DNA of 45,078 bases, taken from a virus. Lineage: Duplodnaviria > Caudoviricetes. The notes under the pieces were generated by a model, which was not told the DNA's origin, searched no databases, and was given only the letters and a program-made list of their open reading frames with translations. The translations under genes were made by a program, and so were the position numbers. Below are positions 26,217 through 37,500 of this stretch, piece by piece (positions within the stretch are counted from its first letter, which is position 1; each line of letters opens with the position of its first letter). The DNA lies in IMG/VR virus record IMGVR_UViG_3300037461_001180, positions 1 through 45,078 of that record. The stretch is one strand, 5' to 3'.

Positions 26217-28286
26217 ATGGGCGGCAAAAGCACAAAAGCACCGCTGGCGAAAGACATCGGTTGGGAGATGCGCGGGTTCGGCGAGCTAGAGACTCAAAAC
26301 CTGAAGAATATAAATCAGGCTAATTATGAGGCCGCGCGGCCTCTGGCAGATAGCCTGGCCACACAGATGGCCAACAACGGCTTCTCGCTGTCGTCTTATG
26401 GGAACACTGTACTTGGCCCCAACAGCGACATTAGCCGCTCAGCGCAAGGGGTGCAGCATTATGGCGACATGAGCGCCGGTGCGGGCCAGGGCATTTATAA
26501 CACGGGGCTGGGGCTTGGTGACAGGCTCTTTGCTGAAAACAGGAACGCTGGTAACGACACCTATAACCAAGGTTTGGCTATTGGTCGCGGCATATACAAC
26601 GAAGGACGAAACCTGGGTGACAACGCCTACAACCAAGGAATGGCTATTGGCAGCGACATCTACAACCAAGGTCGAAACATTGGTAACAACGCCTATAACC
26701 AAGGAATGGCTATTGGCAGCGACATCTACAACGAAGGACGAAGCCTCGGCAACAACGCCTACAACCAAGGAATGGCTATTGGCAACAACGCCTACAACCA
26801 GGGGATGGCTATCGGCAATAGGGTCTATGACCAAGGACTGACTATTGGTGGTAATGTCTACAACCAAGGCTTGACCCAGGGCGCGGACTCCATGAACCGG
26901 GCGGATGCCTTCATAGGTAGCCTGGGCGGCATGGCGGGGGCCGTGTCTCAGCCCTCGATTAGTTTGGGCAGCGTGCAGAATGGGACAACGGCGGCGGGCG
27001 GCAACGCGCAGGACTACCACAACGAGTGGCGGAACGTCTATGCCCCGGCGGCCCGCCAGCAACTGGCCGACGCGCAGAATTTCAACACGGCGGCGTACCG
27101 GGAAAATCTAGCCATGCAAGCCATGGCCGATGCCGGCCGGCAGTTCCAAAACTCGCAGTCACAGATACAGCGCACCATGGGTAGTACGGGCATGAACATG
27201 GGCTCTGGTGCGGCGGCGGCGCTACAGCAGCAGGCTATGCTGGCCAACGCGGCGCAGCGGGCCGGGGCCGGAACGGGCACGCGCTGGGCGGCTGAGCAGG
27301 AAGGGTGGAATCGGGTCAACACCGCCATGAATAACACGGCTGGCGCCCACCTGATTGGCGGTGCCAATGACGCCCTGGGTGTCGAGGCCAGTGTCACCAA
27401 CGCCAATACGGGGGCGCAAGCCAGCGTGGCCAACGCCAACACGGCGGCCCAGGCTAGTCTGGCTAATGGCTGGCTAGACTCACAGACCTCTTTGCGCAAC
27501 GCCCAGATGGCCGCTTCCGCGTCAGCGTTCAACGCCGGATTGGATGCCCGGAGTCGGGACTACGCCACCGGGACCACGGGTTTGTTGAATGCCTATGGCA
27601 CGGGTAGTCAAGGACTACAAGCGGGTTATAACACGGGCGTCAATGCCCAGTTGCAGGGCTATAACACGGGCGTCGATGCCCAGATGCAGGGCTATCAAAC
27701 CGGCAGCCAGGGGCGTTTACAGGGCTATGACACGGGCGTCAATGCCCAGTTACAGGGCTATCAAACCGGCAGCCAGGGGCGTTTAGAGGGTTATAACACT
27801 GGCGTCAATGCCCAGGCGCAAAATTATCAAGTCGGCAGCCAGGGGATGACTAACGCTTTCAACTCCGGAGCAGACGCTAGGTTGCAGGGCTTGAATCAAG
27901 GCACGCTTGCGCAGTTACAGGGCTATGAAACCGGTAGCCAGGGGTTGATGCAGGGGTACAACCAAGCCGCGGGGTCCTACAATAATGCGGGGCAACTCTA
28001 CGCCGACGCCGGGCGGCTGAGTATAGACGCTCATCGAGCTGCCAATGATTCCGCCAATACCTCGTTGGGCCTCTACATGACGCCGCGTGAGCAATACTTC
28101 CAAAACCACATGGCGGCGTTACAGCCGCAGATGTGGGGCCTGTCGAACCACTACAACGCCTACATGGGTGCGAAAGGGGTTGAGGCGGCCAACGCCGCCA
28201 ACAAGGCGAGCTTGACGGGCTCGATTATTGGTGCTGCGGGGTCGTTTGCCGGGTCTGCGGCGGGCTCTGCGGCCATCGTAGCGTGA
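26217..28286 (+). CDS. Internal virion/ejection protein with two 11-aa repeat blocks
   Basis: 'MGGKS' N-terminus, N/Q/G/A-rich, hydrophobic G/A/S C-terminal tail, as in podovirus DNA-transfer proteins. Confidence 0.75.
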   Translation: MGGKSTKAPLAKDIGWEMRGFGELETQNLKNINQANYEAARPLADSLATQMANNGFSLSSYGNTVLGPNSDISRSAQGVQHYGDMSAGAGQGIYNTGLGLGDRLFAENRNAGNDTYNQGLAIGRGIYNEGRNLGDNAYNQGMAIGSDIYNQGRNIGNNAYNQGMAIGSDIYNEGRSLGNNAYNQGMAIGNNAYNQGMAIGNRVYDQGLTIGGNVYNQGLTQGADSMNRADAFIGSLGGMAGAVSQPSISLGSVQNGTTAAGGNAQDYHNEWRNVYAPAARQQLADAQNFNTAAYRENLAMQAMADAGRQFQNSQSQIQRTMGSTGMNMGSGAAAALQQQAMLANAAQRAGAGTGTRWAAEQEGWNRVNTAMNNTAGAHLIGGANDALGVEASVTNANTGAQASVANANTAAQASLANGWLDSQTSLRNAQMAASASAFNAGLDARSRDYATGTTGLLNAYGTGSQGLQAGYNTGVNAQLQGYNTGVDAQMQGYQTGSQGRLQGYDTGVNAQLQGYQTGSQGRLEGYNTGVNAQAQNYQVGSQGMTNAFNSGADARLQGLNQGTLAQLQGYETGSQGLMQGYNQAAGSYNNAGQLYADAGRLSIDAHRAANDSANTSLGLYMTPREQYFQNHMAALQPQMWGLSNHYNAYMGAKGVEAANAANKASLTGSIIGAAGSFAGSAAGSAAIVA
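26484..26879 (+). repeat. 12 x 33-bp coding tandem repeat (GxxxYNxGxxx)
   Basis: Repeated aacgcctacaaccaaggaatggctattggc-like units with 33/66-bp period. Confidence 0.9.
27549..27944 (+). repeat. 12 x 33-bp coding tandem repeat (xLQGYxTGxxx)
   Basis: Alternating cagggctataacacgggcgtcaatgcc and cagggctatcaaaccggcagccagggg units. Confidence 0.88.
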
Positions 28287-29032
28287 TGACCCCGCTGTCG
28301 CTTGATCCCTACCGCCGCGTGGCGTTGCAGTTTTCCGGAGGCAAGGATTCCCTTGCCTGCCTGTACCTGCTACGGGACCAGCTTGATGTGGTGACCGTGT
28401 ACTGGTGTGACACGGGCGACGGCTGCCCGGAGACGCGGGCCATCATCGAGCAGGTGCGGGCCTGGGTCCCCCACTTCGCGGTGGTGCGCTCGGATGTAGC
28501 CAGCTGGCGACTGCGACACGGTTTTCCCTCTGACCTGGTGCCGTCCAACCATCATCCGATTGGCCTGGCTTGTGGGTTGGGCCAGTTCCCGTTGGTGAAT
28601 CGCTGGGATTGCTGCGCGGCAAACCTCATGCTGCCGTTGCATGAGCGCATGGTGGCCGACGGGGTGGACGCGGTTGTTCGGGGCACCAAGCTGTGCGATA
28701 TGGGGACACTCCCCGCCGAGGGGCGCGTGGCGGGGGTCCCTTATGACATATTGCTCCCCATACGGGACTGGTCTCACCAGGACGTGTTTGCATATCTGCA
28801 AGCGGTGGGCGCCCCCCAGAATGCGATCTATGAGCACTTCGCCGCTGTCAGCGCCCCTGAGTGCATGGGCTGCACGGCGTGGTGGAATGACGGCAAGGCC
28901 GCGTATTTGCGGGCGCGTCACCCGAACCAGGCGGCGGGCTACCAGGTGGCGCTACAGAGTATGCTGGGGGCCGTACACACGCAGCTTGCGGACCTGTACG
29001 CGGAACTTCACACCCTGACTAAAAGGCTGTAA
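28286..29032 (+). CDS. PAPS reductase-like PP-loop protein
   Basis: 'QFSGGKDS' PP-loop, 'DTGDGCPET', 'DCC', 'PIRDWS', 'ECMGC'. Confidence 0.88.
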   Translation: MTPLSLDPYRRVALQFSGGKDSLACLYLLRDQLDVVTVYWCDTGDGCPETRAIIEQVRAWVPHFAVVRSDVASWRLRHGFPSDLVPSNHHPIGLACGLGQFPLVNRWDCCAANLMLPLHERMVADGVDAVVRGTKLCDMGTLPAEGRVAGVPYDILLPIRDWSHQDVFAYLQAVGAPQNAIYEHFAAVSAPECMGCTAWWNDGKAAYLRARHPNQAAGYQVALQSMLGAVHTQLADLYAELHTLTKRL

Positions 29033-29034
29033 CT

Positions 29035-31410
29035 ATGTACCAAATCAACCGCGCGCCGTCTTTTCAGATACCCGGCCTCGATCGGTTCATACCGATTAAG
29101 CACGACTACAGTGGCATCGAGCGGGGTCTCTCCGCCCTGGGCAAAGGGCTTGCCACTTCCCTGGAGGAACGGAAGCTCCAGGAGGCCCTGGACAAGGCAA
29201 ACAACCCCGAGGTCGAGAAGCTCCAGCGTGCCCAGCAGGCGACGCAGGAGGAGCTAGAGCGGGCGCGGATGGAGACAGCCAGTGTCTTAGAACAGGAGGC
29301 TAGGCAGGCCGTCTACGGGTCGGCTAACCCGACAACTCGCACCCCGGAACAGGAACAGGAGGTGCAGGACTGGCTGAGCTTCGCCAACACCCCGGCGCCG
29401 GCAGAGAAGGCGGCTGGCCTGGAGCGCACGCAGTGGGTGGACCCCAACGCCCAGACCCAGCAGGATTACTACCGGGTGGGGAATCAAGAGTTCCGCGACG
29501 CGCCCGATCCGCAGTCCCTGGGGATCATCACCAGCCGTGAAAAGGCCAAAGTCTGGGAGGCGCGGGACCCCCGGCTGGCCATGCAATACGAGGCCGACGC
29601 GCAACGGCAGTTAGCGCAACAGATGGAACAGCGTTATCTCCAACTGGAGCAGACGCGGGACGTGCCGGGGGCGGTGCGGCTCTATTCCGACATCCCGGAC
29701 GGTATCACCGCCGTTGAGAAGCAGTTGGCGGACGGGACCTGGCAGGTGTTCACCCACCCAGACGGCCGCCCGGAAGAGGCCCAGCCGTTCGCCCAAGGAA
29801 ACGGGAATGATATTTTCGGGGCCATTCGGCGCACCCTGGACCCCAAAGCCTGGGATTCGGCGGCCAAACTCAAGTACGAGCGGGATCGTCAGGCCGCGAC
29901 TGACCAGCGCCTCGCCCAGCAAGAGTCTCGCTACGCAGCCAACGACACGCGCCAGCAGCTCACGACGCAGGTTAACTACCTCCAGAAACTGAAGGAGGCG
30001 GCGATTGCGCAGGGGAATCAGGCGGACTTCATCCGCTACGGTATGCTGGAGGAACAGACGCTCGCGCAACTGTTGAGTATGGGTCAGGGGGGGCCTGGCG
30101 GGACGGGGCAGGGTGAGTCTCCGGGGTGGTTGGTGCAGAACGAAAGCGGTGGGCGGTGGGACGCGCAGAATGACGCCATGGGCGCGGGCGGCAGCCCGGG
30201 CCATTTTGGGCGGATGCAGTTTGGGGTGGCGCGGCTGCGGGAGGCGCAACAGGCGCTGGGGCGGTCGTTTACACCTGATGAATTCATGGCTGATCCCCAA
30301 CTTCAAATGGCAGTCGAAACCTGGCACAAGAACGACATTGGGCAGTATATCCAGGAACAAGGGTGGGATACGTCTGGCGGCGTCCGTGTCTTAGGCACGC
30401 CGATGACCCCAGGCGCCATGTTTGCGGTTGCCCATTTGGGCGGCAAGGGGGGGCTGAGCAAGTTTATCGAGACGGGCGGCGTTTATAACCCTAGCGACGT
30501 AAATGGTACGCGGCTGTCGGATTACGCGGCGCGTGGACACCAGGGCGACATCCAGCAGAGCCCCGTTATACAGTCAGGCGTCCTACGCAATCAGTACGGC
30601 GGCCCGCAGGCAGCACAGCAAGCCCCCGGTGGACCGGCCGTATCTCCCGGTCTGGCCCCTGCCGATATGAGACCAGCCGCGCCAACGCCCCAGGATCGTA
30701 GCATTGGCGCCTTGGGTACGGACTTCGGGCAGGCGTGGGCGGCGCGGACGGCGGCGGTGCCGGCTAAATTGACCGACCGCGAAAAGATAAGGCATGAGAG
30801 CTATTACAAAGAGCGTCTGGAGATAAAAAAGAGTGGAGCATCGCCTGATGTTCAGCAGCGGATGCTTGAGAACCTGGCGACGGATTATCCGGATGTGGTG
30901 GGTGGTGGGGGTGCGCCTGGCCAAGCGCCTGGACTATCGCCCGAGGGGACGGCTTTGTTTGGGCTAGAGGATCAGGGGGCTGCGCCGGCGGCTGGTGGTA
31001 CGGCGGGGGCAGCGGAGAGCAAGCCGCCGGGCGCGGATGAACCTGCAAAGCCACCAACCAGTCTGTTTGAAGTTCTGCAATACGAAAAAAATCGGGCTGA
31101 GGCAGAACAGGCAGATAGGCTTAAAGCCGCGCAAGGACAGTCCACCAGGTCCCAAAAACGCGATTTGGCGAAGTCGAAGGAGTACCAGGCGGCCATCGAG
31201 GCAGCGGACCAAGCGTTACGCCCAGGCGGTACGGCTGTTGAACGTGCGCAGGCGCTGAATGGTCTAGCAAAGATTTATGAATCCATGCCGCCACTAAAAC
31301 AAAAAGAGGCGCAGGAACTGGCGCGGCGGTTGCAAGGCCCCATTCCCAAGCTAAGGTCAACGGCGCGGGGGCAAAGGGGGTCGGCACAGGCGCCCGAGTA
31401 TGACCCGTAA
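29035..31410 (+). CDS. Ejection/internal virion protein with a lysozyme-like (transglycosylase) domain
   Basis: Q/A-rich helical body; 'LVQNESGG...GHFGRMQFG...FMADPQLQ...AHLGG' at about 30130-30530. Confidence 0.75.
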   Translation: MYQINRAPSFQIPGLDRFIPIKHDYSGIERGLSALGKGLATSLEERKLQEALDKANNPEVEKLQRAQQATQEELERARMETASVLEQEARQAVYGSANPTTRTPEQEQEVQDWLSFANTPAPAEKAAGLERTQWVDPNAQTQQDYYRVGNQEFRDAPDPQSLGIITSREKAKVWEARDPRLAMQYEADAQRQLAQQMEQRYLQLEQTRDVPGAVRLYSDIPDGITAVEKQLADGTWQVFTHPDGRPEEAQPFAQGNGNDIFGAIRRTLDPKAWDSAAKLKYERDRQAATDQRLAQQESRYAANDTRQQLTTQVNYLQKLKEAAIAQGNQADFIRYGMLEEQTLAQLLSMGQGGPGGTGQGESPGWLVQNESGGRWDAQNDAMGAGGSPGHFGRMQFGVARLREAQQALGRSFTPDEFMADPQLQMAVETWHKNDIGQYIQEQGWDTSGGVRVLGTPMTPGAMFAVAHLGGKGGLSKFIETGGVYNPSDVNGTRLSDYAARGHQGDIQQSPVIQSGVLRNQYGGPQAAQQAPGGPAVSPGLAPADMRPAAPTPQDRSIGALGTDFGQAWAARTAAVPAKLTDREKIRHESYYKERLEIKKSGASPDVQQRMLENLATDYPDVVGGGGAPGQAPGLSPEGTALFGLEDQGAAPAAGGTAGAAESKPPGADEPAKPPTSLFEVLQYEKNRAEAEQADRLKAAQGQSTRSQKRDLAKSKEYQAAIEAADQALRPGGTAVERAQALNGLAKIYESMPPLKQKEAQELARRLQGPIPKLRSTARGQRGSAQAPEYDP

Positions 31411-31451
31411 AAAGGTTACGTGGGCTTGGCTGAAACCTTAGCCACAACACC

Positions 31452-31475
31452 AAAACCCGCTACGGCGGGTTTTTT
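31452..31475 (+). terminator. Rho-independent terminator (possibly bidirectional)
   Basis: AAAACCCGC-TACG-GCGGGTTTTTT. Confidence 0.85.
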
Positions 31476-31555
31476 GTTGTCTGCCGACAGCGACGGCGGG
31501 AGATGCTAATCGCCAGCGGATAATCAGGGGATCGTGAACCATAGGATGACCGACC

Positions 31556-34500
31556 ATGGCCCGTAGCTGGCAAGAAATTCTCGAATCCCCTCAGTTCCAA
31601 GCCCTTGATCCCCGGAAGCAGGAGTCTCTGCGTAACGAGTATTTTCGTTTCGTGGTCGCGCCGTCGGTGGCGACGGATGACCTGGATACGGTACGGGCGG
31701 CCTTCGATGAGGAGACGGGCCCGCGCGATGAGCGGCGCTGGGGGGAGACCCTGGCGGATACCGGGCTGCAACTGGCGGAGGGTACCCTGAATGTGGTGGG
31801 GGCGCCGGTGTCGCTGCTGGCGCCGGACAGCGGGGCGGCGGCGGGCCTTGAGGGGGCTGGCGAGTGGTTGCGGAGCCAGCAGTCGCTGGTGTTGCGCAAC
31901 AAACAGCGGGCGGCCGATGCGGCGGTGGCGGCGGCGGGGGAAGAGGGGTTCTGGCCGCAGTTATGGACGGGGTTGAAGGAGTATGGCGGCGACCCTGCCT
32001 TGGCCGCGCGGTTGATGACGACGACCTTGCCGAGCATGGTGCCGGTGCTGGGGGCGGGGCGCCTGGCGCAGATGGGCAGTCTGGCGCGTAGCGCGCGGGC
32101 GGCTGGGGTGGCTCAGGATGCCCTGGAGGGGGCGGCTAAGGTCGATGCCTTGCGGCGGGCGCAGACGGCGGCCCTGGCGGCGGCGGGGGGCACCAATGCG
32201 GTGCTGAATGCCGGGGGGGCGCGGCAGGAGGCGTATGCGGATGTGCGCCAGACCTTGATTGACCAGGGGGTCGATCCGGCCGAGGCAGAACGCATCGCGG
32301 TCGGGGAGTCGAGGACGCCGGCCCTGGTGGGTGGCGTGGCGGGCTTCCTTTCTGGGCGCATGGGCGTGGAGTCGGCCCTGGCGTTGCGGGCCCTGGGTCA
32401 GGGTGGATGGCGGGCGGGCCTGGCGGCGGCGGGCACGGAGACGCTGGGCGAGCAGATAGAGGAGCTGGCGCCACAGGCGACGACGAATGTGGTGGCGGGG
32501 CAGTATGACAACCGCCCCTGGACACAGGATTTAGGGCAAACGGCGGCCATGACCATGATCGGGGCGGCCCCGGGCACGGTGTTAGCGGGGGCGGCGGCGG
32601 GGATAGCCCCGCGGGGTACCCTGGCGCGCGCCGCGGAGGCCGGGGGCCAGGCGGATGCCAACGGCTTGCCCGTGCAACCTGCACCGAGCGCGGGCGAGGT
32701 GATCCAGCAGCAGCAGGAGCAGGGGCGGCAGCAGCAGGAGGCGCAACGTCAGGCGGTGGAGCAGCAGCGGCGTGACGCCCTGGCGGCGGAGAAGGTGGCA
32801 CAGGCAGCGGAGAAGACGCGCCAGGCGCAGCTCAAGACGCAACAGCAACAGGCGGAGATGGAGCGGAAGTTGCGGGAGGAAGGCACGGGGACGGCGCCGG
32901 TAGTGGGCGGGGCGCCCTGGGCGAATGCGCCAGAGGAGGTGTTGCTTGCGCTGGATGAGGAGCGGGCGCGGCAACTGGCCAGCCAGGGGCAGGATGAGGA
33001 GATGGCGGACGAGCCCTCGCCCGCGGATTTCTTGCGGCAGACTTGGGGGGTGGCGGGGCCAGGGCCGGAGGCGGCGGCGGTGACGCCGGTGGAGCCGGTA
33101 CGGGGTGCGCCCGAGGGCCCGCGGCCAAATGACGATGTGTGGGCGGATGCGCCTGATCTGGTGGATGAGATCGAACGCGAGGATGGCCAGTGGAGGGTGA
33201 CGCGACGGCCGTCGCGGGATGGCCGTTGGGATTTGTACGAGGACATCGACCCGGATGGGGTGTCCGTCAATCAGGAGGTCTGGCCGCGTCAGGCGGATGT
33301 GCCTCCGCCTATTACAGCAACAGAGGAAGCCAGAGATGGTCAAGAAACCCTGCCGGGGCTGGCGCAAGCGCCCGCAGCCCAGCCGGCCGCCGAGGTAACC
33401 GGGGTCCGGAGTGTTATTGCTGGGGAGGAGGCGCCGGAACCGGCGCCCGGTAAGCCGACACGCCCCATTGATCTGGCAGCCATGGGGTTGCCTGGTCCGG
33501 ATGCAGGGCTGGGCATGGCGGGCCAAGGTGAGGGGGCGCCCGGGTTGCGGCGCCAGATGAAGGGATTGGGGGCGCTGGGCCTGCCCGCGGCAGATGCCGG
33601 GTTGCGGACGGCGGCAGCAGGGGCGGGTGCTCCTGAGATGAAGGGGAGAGCGCCGGATGCGGTACCCCAGGGCATCGCGCCAGAACAGCCAGCTCTGGTT
33701 GAGCCAAGCAAACTCGCTCAGTCATTGGAGACATTTGCGAAAGAGGCCGATGCGCGGGCGGCGGATTGGGAAAGCCGTGCCTACAAGGACAACAAGAGCA
33801 AGATCCAGTTCGAGGGCGATGGCCCCGTGCGCGATGGCGAAATGTCGATTGGCGCCATCAACGCAGGCAGGCGCCAAAAAGCAATTGCAGGCGCGCGGCA
33901 AGAAGCCGCAGGGCTTCGCAAGGTCGCGGAAATGCCCGAAGACCAATTGCAGGAGAAGTATGACCAGTTGAGATCGGCTGTTGAGCTGAACGGGAAAGGC
34001 GCGCGCGATCAGGGGCTCGAAACCATCGAGCAGCAGATGCAGCGGGTCATCAACAGCGTGTTCGGTTTCGAGCCATACGAAGGCCCTGCATCTCCCGCGG
34101 CGAAAATCATGTCGCTTCTTGATCCCCAGTGGCAGCAACGGAAAACCGAAGCAGATGAGCGGGCTCGCACGATACCTCAAGAGGCGTGGGAGGTCGAACT
34201 ATTCGGGGATGACCCGAACAGACAGCCCCCCGTTTCCGGGGAGCTTCAGGCGGAAAGCGAAGCGGTCGAGCAGCCAGCGGAGGCGGTTACCGAGGGGGAG
34301 AAGGTAGTTGAGCCAGAGCCGGCCACGGTGGCGCTCGCTGATGTGGTGCGGCGCACGGACGGTAAGCCTTTTGCCAGCCAAGTGAATGCCGAGAGGGCGG
34401 CCAAGGCACGGCGGCTGGTGGAGACCCATGAGCCGGTGCAGGTTGAGGGTGGATGGGGGTTGAGGGCGAAGGCCCAGCAAGGTCCAGTTGAGGCTGGTGA

Positions 34501-37500
34501 AGCGGCGCCCGCCCCGGAGACGCCGGCTGCTAGTGGAGTCGCGGGGGCGGTGCCAGGCTCCGGTAAAGCGGAGTATCGCTATGCCTTGGTGAATCGGCCC
34601 GCCATGCTCGGGGGGGTGCCCAAGGGCATGACGCGCGTTGATCCTCGGCCACAGGAGGGTCAGGATCACTATGCGCTGGCGCGACATGGGGTGGTGGTCT
34701 ATGACCGGCCCCTGTCGGTCGAGGAACAGGAATCGTATGAACTGGCGCCGGTGCTGGATGCGGCGGAGCAGGAGGCGCTGGCGGTCGAGCTGGCCAATGA
34801 CATGGAGGATGAGTATGTGAAGGGCGCCCTGGAGATGGCGGCGGATGATCCCCGGTTCTGGGAGCAAGCGGTGGCGGGGGACCTGGAGCGCAAGTTTGGG
34901 CGGCGCGGGGTGTCCGTCGGCCAGGGCTTCAATGCGCTGGTGCTGGAGAAACTGAAAGGGCGGGCGCAAGCGGCGACAAAGCCCTCGCCGGCCGAGGCGG
35001 TGGAAGGCAAGGCGGAAAAGGCGCGGAGTCCGGAGGAGACGCTGGCGGCGGTGCGGCGGGCGACGCTGGCGCGGATGGATGTGCGCTTGGCGGCGGTACG
35101 GGGGGCGCGCGGCGAGGAGGGGATGGAGGACACGCTGCGGATGGTGTTGCGGAAGGCGATTGGCAAGACTATCGCCGAGGAAATGGGTGGGTTAAAAGAT
35201 GAGCCGGATGCCGATAAAAGAACGGAGGCTCTGAAGGCGCTGGGAGAATTGACCAGTAGCGTGAAGGGTGCCGATGGGCTGAATCCGGCCATCTTTACCG
35301 ATGATCTGGTAAGGGACTGGGCGGCGCAGGCGGTGCGTGACCAGAAGCAGCGGCAGGCGGATCGTGCCAAAGCCAAGGTGAAGGCGGTCACCGAGCCGAT
35401 AGGCGAGACGGCGGAAGAAGCGGTTACCGAGCCGGTGGTCGATGCCGGGGCGCGCGAGGCGGAGCGGGTGCGGCGCCTGGAGGCAGCGGAGGCGGTGGTA
35501 CGGCGGGAGGCGCTGGCGAGCCGTGATGTGCAGCAGGTGGCGTTGCGGGTGGCGCGCGGCGATGAGGGGATGCAGGAGACCCTGCGGCTGGAGTTGCGCC
35601 GGGCGATTGGCGATGCCATCAATGACGAGATAAATCGGGTGGTGAAGGAAGAGCCAAATACCGATGAGATGATGGCGGTGGTGGAGTCGCTGGCTGAATT
35701 GACCGGGAACGCCCCGGGGGCGAATGGGCTGAACCTGGCCATCTTTACCGAGGAGGCGATGACGGCCTGGGCGGCGCAGGCGGTGCGCGATGCGCAACGG
35801 GTGGTGCGGGCGGAACGCAAGGCGGAGCATGAGCAGGTCATTCTGGCGGCGGCGGGGGCGGCCTGGAAGGATAGCGGCTTCTGGCAGGCTGATCCGGACG
35901 AGATGGTGCAAGGGCTGGAGCGGCTATTCCTGGTTGGCTGGAACCATGCCCTGGAGGGCGGGACGGGCTCGAACCTGGAGACGGGACCGACGCTGACGGA
36001 CGGGCGGATGCGGCGGGTGGGCTATGACGCGGCGGTGACCTGGCTGGGGACTGACGACGGCAAGGCGTTTGCGACGGGCGGCAAGGCGCGCAAGATGCAA
36101 GGGGTAGGTGAGCAGTTCAAACGGCGCCAGGATGAGCGCAAGCGGCGGCTGGATGCGGTGGACCTGAGCCAGGACGACCAGGTACAAACCTTCCTGGATG
36201 CCCTGATGGATGAGACGGAGCGATCCGGCTTGTTCCCGCTGCCCGAGGTGGGCGAGGGCCAGGCATCGCCCGGGCTGTGGCGATACCTGATGGATATGCG
36301 CGGTAAGGTGCTGCCCTTCAAGGAGTGGATGGGCAAGATGGGCTATGGTGGGCGGGGCAAATATACCCTGACGCCCACCGAGGCCCTGGCGCGGGCGGCC
36401 AAGGAGGGGCAGGAGCAACGGGAGCATATTCGCGGTCTGGCGGCGCATTACATCGACCAGGTATCGGCGCTGGCGGAGGTGTTCGCCGGGGCCAAGACGG
36501 TGGACGAAGCAGCGGCGGCGTTGTCGCGGTGGGCGCGGCGTGGCCCGGTGACGGCGGCGGTTCCTCAGCGGGCACCGACCATGGAGGAGAGCAGCGAAGC
36601 GTACAAGGCTTTGCTCGGCTATCTCCAGCCGCGGGTGCGGGGCAGTGGCGTCCTGGCGCGTTCGGTGCTGCGGGCGGACCCGGGAGGTGAAGGTTATGTG
36701 TTGCCGTCCTTCATGCCGCTTGGCCGGAGGCGCGATTTTTACGCGGGTGATGAGGCCAAGCCGGTGAGCGTGGCGCGTAACCAGGTGCTGAAGCGGCCCC
36801 GCTTCGACCGGGTGGAGCGGGATGGCGAGGATTATCGAGGCGGACGCCAGATTTCAGCGGAGGAGTTGACCACGACCTTCGGCCTGAAGGGGGTGACCTA
36901 TGGCGAGGGGGTGACGGCGAAGCAGCGGCAAGATCACACCAATTACGCCTTTGATGCCTTTATGGACCTGGCCAAGACCTTGAAGATCGAGCCGCGTCAT
37001 ATTGGCATGGGTGGCAAGCTGACGTTTGCCTTTGGCGCCCTCGGCCAGGGGCGCCATGCCGCCCATTACACGCCGGACAACAACGGCCAGGGCCAGGCGA
37101 TCAACCTGACCAATACTCGCGGCGATGGGGCGGTGGCGCATGAGTTTATCCATGCCCTGGACTGGAATCTGCGGCCGGTGGTGGGCGGCAAGGTGGATGG
37201 CCAGGTGGGGGTGCTCAAGGATATGGTGGCGGTGCTGAGTTACAGCATCCCGAGCCTGGAAGCTATCGAGAAAGAGCTTGATCGGTTTCTGAGTGGCAAG
37301 GTGCAGTGGCAGCGGGGTGGGCGGGGCGCCACGGCGCTGGACCATGCGACTCAGTATCTGAACCGAACCCTCTATGATCTGAACAATGTCATCGAGCGCG
37401 GTGTCAGCCATGACCGTTGGGCGGGGGCGCGGGCGACGCAGTTCAAGTCGGCGGCCGATGATCTGGGGAAGGATTACTGGGGCAACCCGGCCGAGTTGCT

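Noticed and set aside
26484-27944. 33/66-bp repeats as a CRISPR array
   Set aside because: In-frame coding repeats with no unique spacers and no cas genes.
3797-31476. Similar sequences at about 3800 and 31450 as att sites or element ends
   Set aside because: Both are ordinary intrinsic terminators (CCCGC-N4-GCGGG-Tn); the similarity is short and explained by function.
33336-33400. Second nested +1 ORF (MVKKPCRGWRKR...) in the giant gene
   Set aside because: Only about 20 codons with a weak RBS; insufficient support.
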